Shown here: piece after piece, positions 1 through 7,029 of the stretch
Layout: each line of letters begins with the position of its first letter
How positions within the stretch are numbered: the stretch's first letter is position 1
NCBI GenBank assembly: GCA_903938365.1
Contig: CAJACZ010000063.1
Span: 8,712 to 72,711 of the forward strand
DNA: 64,000 bases
Reading direction: 5' to 3'
Source of the DNA: an uncultured Pseudomonadota bacterium
GTDB lineage: Bacteria > Pseudomonadota > Gammaproteobacteria > Steroidobacterales > Steroidobacteraceae
Notes under the pieces: generated by a model
Database searches by the model: none
Seen by the model: only the letters and a program-made list of their open reading frames with translations
Told to the model about the DNA's origin: nothing
Translations under genes and position numbers: made by a program

Positions 1-52
1 TGGCGGTAGTGTGAAGGTCTATCATGTAGGCATCATGCCGGAGGGAAAACCG

Positions 53-907
53 ATGACGCAAATCACGCGCTCTTTCGTCCAGGTGCAGGAAGGGCAGGTC
101 CACCTGCGCAGTTGCGAGGCACGCGCGGCAGCGCCCGGCACGCTGCCGCTCTGGATGATCCACGCCTCGCCGGCTTCGTCCGTCTCTTTGACGGGCCTGA
201 TGTCTTTGCTGGCGGAGCGGCGCCGGGTGATCGCGCCCGACACCCTCGGCAACGGCGATTCAGCCCCGCCGGCGCCTGCGGCACCCGACATTGCCTATTA
301 CGCGGATTCCAGCCTCCGCGTCATGGATGCGCTGGGCATCGAGAAAGTGGACCTCTACGGCAGCCACACGGGGGCGCACATCGTCGCCGAGATGGCCATT
401 GCCCGGCCGGACCGCTTCGGGCGGATGGTGCTCGATGGCATCGCGATGTTCTCGCCCGACGACAAGCAGGAATTCCTGACCCATTACGCGCCGGCGGTGG
501 CGCCCGACGCCTTCGGCACCCAGTTCCACTGGGCCTGGCATTTCGTCCGTGACCAGGCCTGGTTCTTCCCCTATTTCAGGCGGGATGCCGAACACCTGCG
601 CGCGATCGACGCCCCCTCGGCGGAAGTCCTGCACCGCACCACCATCGAGGTGCTGAAGTCGATCCGCACCTACCATCTGGCCTATCGGGCCGCCTTCGCC
701 CACCCCGATCGCGAGCGCCTGCCGCTGGTGCAGGTGCCTTCGCTGGTCATGGCCGATGACAACGATCCGCTGCGTCGCGGCGTGCAGGCGGCGGCAGCAT
801 TGCTGCCGGGTGCGCTCAAGACGATCCTCGTGGGCGCTGAGCGGCCGGATGCGCTGGCCCGCAAGGCTGCGCTGCTGGGGCGTTTCCTCGACGAGGGAAC
901 CCTCTAG
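53..907 (+). CDS. alpha/beta-fold hydrolase
   Basis: ORF 11..907. The best start is ATG 53, preceded by GGAGGGA (40-46); GTG 11 and ATG 35 are alternatives. The product has an alpha/beta-hydrolase layout with an elbow-like LYGSHTGAHIV segment. Confidence 0.75.
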   Translation: MTQITRSFVQVQEGQVHLRSCEARAAAPGTLPLWMIHASPASSVSLTGLMSLLAERRRVIAPDTLGNGDSAPPAPAAPDIAYYADSSLRVMDALGIEKVDLYGSHTGAHIVAEMAIARPDRFGRMVLDGIAMFSPDDKQEFLTHYAPAVAPDAFGTQFHWAWHFVRDQAWFFPYFRRDAEHLRAIDAPSAEVLHRTTIEVLKSIRTYHLAYRAAFAHPDRERLPLVQVPSLVMADDNDPLRRGVQAAAALLPGALKTILVGAERPDALARKAALLGRFLDEGTL

Positions 908-908
908 G

Positions 909-925
909 GCGCCCCTGGGGGGCGC
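909..925. terminator. GC hairpin between convergent stop codons (possible bidirectional terminator)
   Basis: GCGCCCC-TGG-GGGGCGC inverted repeat lying exactly between stop 905-907 (+) and stop 929-931 (-). There is no U-tract. Confidence 0.3.
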
Positions 926-928
926 TGC

Positions 929-2560
929 TCAGCGCAGGTCCAGCCAGCGCGCGGGTCTGAGCGCAGAGAGGTTGTCGTCTTGCCAGCCGACGACGCGCCG
1001 CGATACCAGCCGCCGGCTGACGATGAAATAGAGCGGCAGCACGGCCTGGTCCTCGATCAGTACAGACTCGGCTTGCGCCAGGAGGTCCGCGCGGCGGCCA
1101 GCATCGGCAGCGCGGCTCGCCTCTGCGAGCAGCGCCTCGAAGCGGGGGTTGCCATAGGCGCCGCTGTTGGCTGGACTGCCCTGCCGCAGGTTGGTCATGA
1201 AACCCAGTGGATCGGGGTAGGCCGAGAACCAGGCCGCGCGCACGACCTCGAATTCGCCCTTGCGCGTCGCCACCTCCACGACCTGCCTTTCGGCATTGCG
1301 CAGCTGGGTGCGTACGCCGATCGCCTGCCACATGGCTGCGACCGCCACGGCGACTTTCTTGTGTTCTTCGCTGGTGTGGTAGAGCAGCTCGAGCTCGAGC
1401 GGCCGCTCCTTGCCGTAGCCGCTGGCCGTGAGCAGTTCGCGCGCCTGGGCAACGCGCTGCGCCGGGCTCGGCACAGCAGGGGTGCGGGGCCGGGTGCCGC
1501 GCGGCGCCATGCCCGGGGGCACCAGGCCCAGCGCCGGCGTGTCACCGGCGCGCACCAGGCGCGCCGTGATCAGTTCACGGTCGATCGCCAGCGAGAGCGC
1601 GCGCCGCACCCGCGGGTCGGCGAGCTTGGGCGAACGATGGTTGAGGACGTAGACGGTCACGCCCAGCGAGGGCGCGAGCCGCAGCTCCCCCGGCATCTCG
1701 GCGCGCAGGCTGTCGAGCTTTTCGGGAGGAAAGTTGGTGAGGGTGTCGAGTTGTCCCGCCCTGAAGAGGCGCAGGCCGGCGTTGAGGTCGGCGATCGGGT
1801 GGTACTCGACACCGTCCAGCCGCACCTGCTGGGCGGCATGGAAGCGCGGATTGCGACGGACGCGGACGAACTGGCCGGGGCGCCATTCCTGCAGCATGAA
1901 GGGTCCGTTGGAGACGATGTTGCCGGGTCGCGTCCAGGCGCGCCCGTGCTGCTCGATCACGTGCCGCGGCATCGGCGCAAAGACCGGCAAGGAGACGATG
2001 TTCGGGAAATAGGGCGCAGGCGCCACGAGTTCGATGCGGACACTGCGGGCATCCGGAGCGCTCACGCCCAGCGAGTCCGGCGGCGCCTTGCCCTGCAGGA
2101 TGGCCTTGCCGCCCTGGATGAGGTCGATCCACGCCGCCAGCCCGGTCAGGCCCGTCGCTGGATTCGCGAGGCGGCGGAACGAGTACAGGAAGTCCGCGGA
2201 GGTGATCGGGCGTCCGTCTGACCAGACCAGGCCCGGGCGCAGCACGAAGGTGTACACACGTCCGTCCGGACTCACCGAGTAACGCTCGGCGGCGCCCAAC
2301 ACCGGACGGCCGCGCGCGTCGAGCGTCATCAGCGCTTCGAACAGGTCGTTGTTGACGATCAGGGCGGGGGCCGCGATGGCCGCATGCGGGTCGAGCGAAT
2401 CGGGCTCTCCGGGATGGCCGCCGCGCAGCACGCCCCCGGCCTGCAGCGGCGCTGCCAGCAGCGCACTCAGCAGCGCACCCAGCAGCAGCGCCCATGACGA
2501 CGCCCGCGACGCCGTCGCGTGGCGCTGCCGTGGACCGCGGCGTGAGGGCGTCGGGGTCAT
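929..2560 (-). CDS. ABC transporter substrate-binding protein, family 5 (peptide/nickel/opine type), orphan
   Basis: The 809-aa ORF 929..3358 is a fusion artefact. The real start is ATG at 2560 (MTPTPSRR...). A signal-like LLLGALLSALLAAPLQA is followed by family-5 SBP blocks (GEPDSLDPH, VWSDGRPITSADFLYSFRRL). The start overlaps the upstream stop (ATGA 2557-2560). Confidence 0.85.
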   Translation of the reverse strand: MTPTPSRRGPRQRHATASRASSWALLLGALLSALLAAPLQAGGVLRGGHPGEPDSLDPHAAIAAPALIVNNDLFEALMTLDARGRPVLGAAERYSVSPDGRVYTFVLRPGLVWSDGRPITSADFLYSFRRLANPATGLTGLAAWIDLIQGGKAILQGKAPPDSLGVSAPDARSVRIELVAPAPYFPNIVSLPVFAPMPRHVIEQHGRAWTRPGNIVSNGPFMLQEWRPGQFVRVRRNPRFHAAQQVRLDGVEYHPIADLNAGLRLFRAGQLDTLTNFPPEKLDSLRAEMPGELRLAPSLGVTVYVLNHRSPKLADPRVRRALSLAIDRELITARLVRAGDTPALGLVPPGMAPRGTRPRTPAVPSPAQRVAQARELLTASGYGKERPLELELLYHTSEEHKKVAVAVAAMWQAIGVRTQLRNAERQVVEVATRKGEFEVVRAAWFSAYPDPLGFMTNLRQGSPANSGAYGNPRFEALLAEASRAADAGRRADLLAQAESVLIEDQAVLPLYFIVSRRLVSRRVVGWQDDNLSALRPARWLDLR

Positions 2561-3639
2561 TCCTGCTGGGGCAGCCGCCCGGCGCCCGGCTTTTCCGAGT
2601 CGGCGGGGGAGGTCAGCACCCCGTTCGCCGTCATGCGGGCGATGACCTCGGCCTCGACCTGGCGGTTCTCCGCCACGCCGGTCCCCGGCGTTTCGAGCCA
2701 GCGATTGACGGGCCAGGCCTCGGCCGCCGCGTAGATGGGTGCATGGATGCGCGGTGACAGTTCGGCGAGGAAATTGAGGCTGGCCCGCGAACGGCGCCGC
2801 CGCAGGGCCTCGATGTCGATTTCCGCCGTGATGAGGGTCTCGCCCGCCGACTCGGCCATGTTGAGCACTTTGCCGTTGAAGTCGATGACCTGCGAGTGGC
2901 CGTGCGAAAGGTCCGCGGGGCCATCGCCATCGAGCGTCGGGCCGGTGTTGGACATCGCCAGATAGGCCATGTTCTCGTAGGCGCGCACGCGGCGCGCCAG
3001 TTCCCACCCGCCATCGGGCAGGTGGTAGCCGCTGCGCCCCTCGCTCGAAATGTGCAGCAGCACCTCGGCGCCGTTCAGGGCGAGGCAGCGCGACACCTCG
3101 GGGAAGTTGATGTCGTAGCACACCAGGCACCCGAGGTTGCCGTAGGGCGTGCGCAGCACCGGGAACAGCGAGGACGGCCCGCCGAAATGCCGGACGTAGT
3201 CGTCGTAGACATCGCCGGGGCGCGTCTTGCCGGTCATGGCGTAGAGCTTGCGGTAGGTGAGGGCCACGCGCCCCTCGGGATCCACGATGATCGCGGTGTT
3301 CCAGAAGCGACCGGGAAAGGCGTCGACCACCTCGTAGATCATCCCCGCCACGTAGCACTGGGCAGCCCGCGCGGCTTTGCCGAGTTCACGGACCTCCGGG
3401 CCGTCCAGCCGCAGCGACGCGTCGATCCATTCCTGGTTGGTCCTGCCGGGCTGGAAGCCGTGCAGGAAGAACTCCGGGAACACGACAACCTTGCTGCGGA
3501 AATAGCGGCTGGCGGTGCCCACGTGCGCGCAGGCGCGCTCGAGGTTTTCGCGCAGTGCGTCGAGCCGCAGCGGGCCGTCGCCCTTGAACACGGGCTTGAC
3601 CGTCGGCTGCACCACTGTGATGTTCCAGGCTTGCATCAT
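2557..3639 (-). CDS. carbon-nitrogen hydrolase (nitrilase-superfamily amidase)
   Basis: 360-aa product with Glu-Lys-Cys triad contexts typical of the superfamily (VVFPEFF, YRKLY, GCLVCYD). It has a C-terminal extension of about 60 aa. Confidence 0.85.
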   Translation of the reverse strand: MMQAWNITVVQPTVKPVFKGDGPLRLDALRENLERACAHVGTASRYFRSKVVVFPEFFLHGFQPGRTNQEWIDASLRLDGPEVRELGKAARAAQCYVAGMIYEVVDAFPGRFWNTAIIVDPEGRVALTYRKLYAMTGKTRPGDVYDDYVRHFGGPSSLFPVLRTPYGNLGCLVCYDINFPEVSRCLALNGAEVLLHISSEGRSGYHLPDGGWELARRVRAYENMAYLAMSNTGPTLDGDGPADLSHGHSQVIDFNGKVLNMAESAGETLITAEIDIEALRRRRSRASLNFLAELSPRIHAPIYAAAEAWPVNRWLETPGTGVAENRQVEAEVIARMTANGVLTSPADSEKPGAGRLPQQE

Positions 3640-3693
3640 CGCTCCGGCGCTGTCCTATGATGATGCGAGATTAGCACCCCGGAGGTCTCCCCG

Positions 3694-4311
3694 ATGTCAC
3701 TCGTCACGCCGCTCAAGCGCACCGCCATCATCGTCCGCGACATGGAACGCTCCATCCGGTTCTACCGGGACGTGCTGGGCATGAACGTCTGGCTGCAGGG
3801 CTCTGCAGGCACCGAACTGCCGCAGCTGTACCAGCTGCTGGGCTCGCCGCCCTGCACCACGCGCTGGGTGATCCTGCAGTCCGGGGACGTGGCCTGGGGG
3901 ATGGTGGGTCTTTTCGAGCTGTCGGATCCGGCTCCTCCGGACGACCTGCACACCGATCTGTCACGGGCCAATCGCGGTGAGGCCTGCCTGGTGTTCCACT
4001 CGCCCGATGTCGCGAAGATCCATCGCGGCGCGAAAAAGCTGGGCCTGACGATCCTGTGTCCGCCAAAGCGGCTTGTGCTCGAGGCCCACGGGGTCGTCTC
4101 GAAGGAAATGACGTTGCGCGACCCGAACGGGGTGCTGCTCAACTTCATCCAGAACCTGAAGGGGGGCAGCGTGGGGCTGTCGAACCGGTTCCCGGGTCTC
4201 GCCCGGCCCAGGGCACGCGCGGCGAAAAAAGCCGCGACGCGCCCTGCCAAGACCGCGAAGAAGGCCGTCAGGCCCCGTAGCGATGCATCGAAACGGGGTC
4301 GATCGGGATGA
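3694..4311 (+). CDS. VOC (glyoxalase/bleomycin-resistance/dioxygenase fold) protein with basic Ala/Lys/Arg/Pro-rich C-terminal tail
   Basis: GGAGG lies about 10 nt upstream of ATG 3694. The N-terminus has a VOC pattern (AIIVRDMERSIRFYRDVLGM). The tail reads ARPRARAAKKAATRPAKTAKKAVRPR.... The 3' end overlaps the convergent ALDH by 44 nt. Confidence 0.75.
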   Translation: MSLVTPLKRTAIIVRDMERSIRFYRDVLGMNVWLQGSAGTELPQLYQLLGSPPCTTRWVILQSGDVAWGMVGLFELSDPAPPDDLHTDLSRANRGEACLVFHSPDVAKIHRGAKKLGLTILCPPKRLVLEAHGVVSKEMTLRDPNGVLLNFIQNLKGGSVGLSNRFPGLARPRARAAKKAATRPAKTAKKAVRPRSDASKRGRSG

Positions 4312-5773
4312 TCGTTGCCTTGAGTTCGGTGAAGAACTCGAGGCTCGCGTACGGGCCGTCCCGCCCGATGCCCGATTCCTTGTAGCCACCGAAGGCGGCT
4401 CGCAGTTCGCGCATCATCGGCGTGTTTGCCCACACGGTCCCGGCGCGGATGTCCCGCGAGCAGCGCATGACGGTGTTGAGGTCGTTCGACCACACATAGT
4501 TCACGAGGCCGAACTTCGAGTCGTTGGCGATCGCGATCGCCTCGTCCAGCGTGTCGAAGGTCAGGAAGGTCGCGAAAGGCCCGAAGATCTCCTCCTGGCA
4601 GACGCGCGCGCCGTTGTCCGGGGCCAGCACCGCCGTGGGCTCCATGAACCAGCCGCGGGCAAACTGCTCCGCGCGCTTGCCGCCCGTGAGCAGCCGTGCC
4701 CCGTCCGCCCGGGCGACGTCCACGAACGAAAGTACGCGTTCCATGTGCTGCCGGAAGGCGAGGGGGCCGATCTCGGTGTCCGGCGACATCGGGTCGCCGA
4801 TCCGCACGCGACGCGTGCGCTCGACGAAGCGTTCGATGAAGGACTCGGCGATCGAGCGCTGCACGAGGATGCGCGAGCCCGCGAGGCACTGCTGCCCGTT
4901 GTTGCCGTAGATGCCGGCGAGCGCGCCGTCGAGCGCCCGCTCGATGTCCGCCGATTCGAAAATGATGTTGGCGGATTTGCCGCCGAGTTCGAGCGCGACG
5001 GGCTTGAGGTTGCGACCCGCCGCGGCCGCGATGGCCCGGCCCGTCGTGGTGCCGCCGGTGAAGCCCACCATGTCGATGCCGGGATGGGAGACCAGCGCGT
5101 TGCCGGTCACGGCACCACGGCCGTTCACGAGGTTCACGACGCCCGGGGGCAGGCCGGCCTCGTGGAAGATCTCGACCATGCGGCGCATGGACAGCGGCGT
5201 GTACTCGGAGGGTTTGAGCACGCAGGTGTTGCCCCAGGCGATGCAGGTCGCGACGCGCATGGAGGCCAGCGCGAGCGGTGCATTCCAGGGCGCAATGCAG
5301 CCCGCGACGCCCTTGGGCTCGCGCGTGACGTAGGTCAGGTAGCCCTTGGTCTGGGTGTAGGTTTCACCGTGGACGGTGCTGGCGACCTCCGCGAAGAATT
5401 CGAAGTTGCGCGCCATGCGCTGCACGTGGACCCGTACGCTCTTGAGCGGCAGCCCGGTGTTCAGGCATTCGAGGTAGGCGAGTTCCTCGGCGTTGCGCCG
5501 GAGGTGGTCGCGGATCGAGTACAGGATGTCCTTGCGCTCGTTGATGTCCATGCGCGGCCACGGGCCTGAGTCGAACGCGCGGCGTGACGAGCGCACCGCG
5601 GCGTCGACTTCGTCCGCATCGGCTTCCCGGAGGTGGCTGAGGACTTCCTCTGTCGTGGGGTTGATGACGGCGATGTCCTCGCCGGCAGCGCGCAGGGGAA
5701 CCGGTTCGCCGTCGATCAGGCTCGTGACGTGAGCATTGACGGGGAAGGTGCGGGTGATGGTGAAATCGGTCAT
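4268..5773 (-). CDS. NAD(P)-dependent aldehyde dehydrogenase
   Basis: ALDH motifs ELGGKSANIIF and GQQCLAGSRILV are present. ATG 5773 overlaps the stop of the upstream methyltransferase (ATGA 5770-5773). The ORF-track start 5785 is an alternative. Confidence 0.9.
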   Translation of the reverse strand: MTDFTITRTFPVNAHVTSLIDGEPVPLRAAGEDIAVINPTTEEVLSHLREADADEVDAAVRSSRRAFDSGPWPRMDINERKDILYSIRDHLRRNAEELAYLECLNTGLPLKSVRVHVQRMARNFEFFAEVASTVHGETYTQTKGYLTYVTREPKGVAGCIAPWNAPLALASMRVATCIAWGNTCVLKPSEYTPLSMRRMVEIFHEAGLPPGVVNLVNGRGAVTGNALVSHPGIDMVGFTGGTTTGRAIAAAAGRNLKPVALELGGKSANIIFESADIERALDGALAGIYGNNGQQCLAGSRILVQRSIAESFIERFVERTRRVRIGDPMSPDTEIGPLAFRQHMERVLSFVDVARADGARLLTGGKRAEQFARGWFMEPTAVLAPDNGARVCQEEIFGPFATFLTFDTLDEAIAIANDSKFGLVNYVWSNDLNTVMRCSRDIRAGTVWANTPMMRELRAAFGGYKESGIGRDGPYASLEFFTELKATIIPIDPVSMHRYGA

Positions 5774-6894
5774 TCGGCTCTCCATGCGCAGGCGACAAAC
5801 CAGGGAAGCGATCCGTGTGCCGCGGGCAGGCTGCCGACGTGGATCCTGTCCGCGTCGAACCCTGCCTCGCGCAGCTCTGGTTCGAGGTCGGCGTTCGCGT
5901 AGACCTCCCAGTACGGCTCGTTATTGTTGAGGGTGTCCCAGGACAGTTCGAACTTCTGGAACTCGGAAAGGCCGTTGAACCGCAGCGGCACGTCCTGATG
6001 CACGCAGACCCCGCCCGGGGTGAGCAGGCGCCGGCTCTCGCGCAGCATGCCGCGGCGGGTGGCGCCGGAGATCTCGTGCATCATGTTGTGGGAGACTATC
6101 AGGTCGAAAAACCCGTCCGGAAAGCCCGTGGCTGCGCAATCCATCTGGTGAAAGTGCACCGCGGCGCCCAGTGACTCCGCGCGCGCATGGGCGTACCGCA
6201 GCATCCCCGAGCCCACGTCGATGGCATGCACTTCGGCATCAGGAAACGCGAGCGCATACGGAACGCTGGACGACCCTGCCGAGCACCCCATGTCGAGGAT
6301 CCGCCGGGGCTTCAGGCCGGGGAAGCGCGCCGCGATGAACCGCTGCACGTGCGCTGCCTTGCTGTCGGTGCGGCCTATGCCCTGGCCGAAGGCGTAGAGG
6401 TTGCCGCCGGCCTCGTAGAGTGCACCGGCCGAGCAGTCGCCACCGCCCAGGTCCATCGCGTAGCCGCCGGTCTGCAGGTGGATGTCGACGGCCGTCACGC
6501 CGCGCGGCGGGACGAACTGCGGGTCCAGGTTCAGGCTGCCGCGACGGGCAGACGAAGCGGACAGGCGTTTTGCCGTGTCGGCGAGGCGCTCGCGTTCCCG
6601 GAACACGCTGTCCCCCACCGAGATCCACATCTGTTCCTGCGCTGCGCGGGCCAGTGACGACCAGCCGCGGTAGGCAGGGTCCGCTCCCATGGCATCCCGG
6701 ATTTCGTCGCGGGTGCGCGGGGCGTGCCCGGTGCGCTGCTCATACCCGGGTGCGATGACGGCTTCGAAAAGACGCCCTTGCGTCGAGCGCAGTCCCCGGT
6801 TCATGGCCTGCTTGAAGGCCACGATGAACTGCTGGCGCGAGGCTTCGTCCGCCGTGGGACGAGGAAGCATTTCATGCTGGACGCTGCGTACCAT
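5770..6894 (-). CDS. class I SAM-dependent methyltransferase with ~190-aa N-terminal extension (paralog of 52190..53410)
   Basis: SAM-binding motif ILDMGCSAGSS, then DVGSGML and a FDLIVSHNMMHE block. I chose start ATG 6894 because of the purine-rich AGAGAGGG upstream; the ORF-track start is 6951. Confidence 0.8.
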   Translation of the reverse strand: MVRSVQHEMLPRPTADEASRQQFIVAFKQAMNRGLRSTQGRLFEAVIAPGYEQRTGHAPRTRDEIRDAMGADPAYRGWSSLARAAQEQMWISVGDSVFRERERLADTAKRLSASSARRGSLNLDPQFVPPRGVTAVDIHLQTGGYAMDLGGGDCSAGALYEAGGNLYAFGQGIGRTDSKAAHVQRFIAARFPGLKPRRILDMGCSAGSSSVPYALAFPDAEVHAIDVGSGMLRYAHARAESLGAAVHFHQMDCAATGFPDGFFDLIVSHNMMHEISGATRRGMLRESRRLLTPGGVCVHQDVPLRFNGLSEFQKFELSWDTLNNNEPYWEVYANADLEPELREAGFDADRIHVGSLPAAHGSLPWFVACAWRAE

Positions 6895-6959
6895 GATGGT
6901 GACCCTCTCTAGTGTGCAGGATTGGACCTGTAAGCCTGGCCGATGGTTCACGCGGGCTG

Positions 6960-6986
6960 AAAAACGAAGCGGGCCCCATGGCCCGC
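6960..6986 (-). terminator. rho-independent-like terminator after the TonB-dependent receptor
   Basis: On the minus strand, GCGGGCC-ATGG-GGCCCGC (6969-6986) is followed by TTCGTTTTT. A second hairpin GCGGCCC..GGGCCGC lies at 6994-7014, immediately after stop 7030. Confidence 0.45.
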
Positions 6987-7029
6987 TGCGAAGCGCGGCC
7001 CCGAAGGCGGGCCGCAGGCTACCGACTGC

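Noticed and set aside
2561-3358. N-terminal 266 aa of the 809-aa ORF 929..3358
   Set aside because: This part is antisense to the C-N hydrolase gene and has junk-like composition. The binding-protein homology begins only after the ATG at 2560, which carries a signal peptide.
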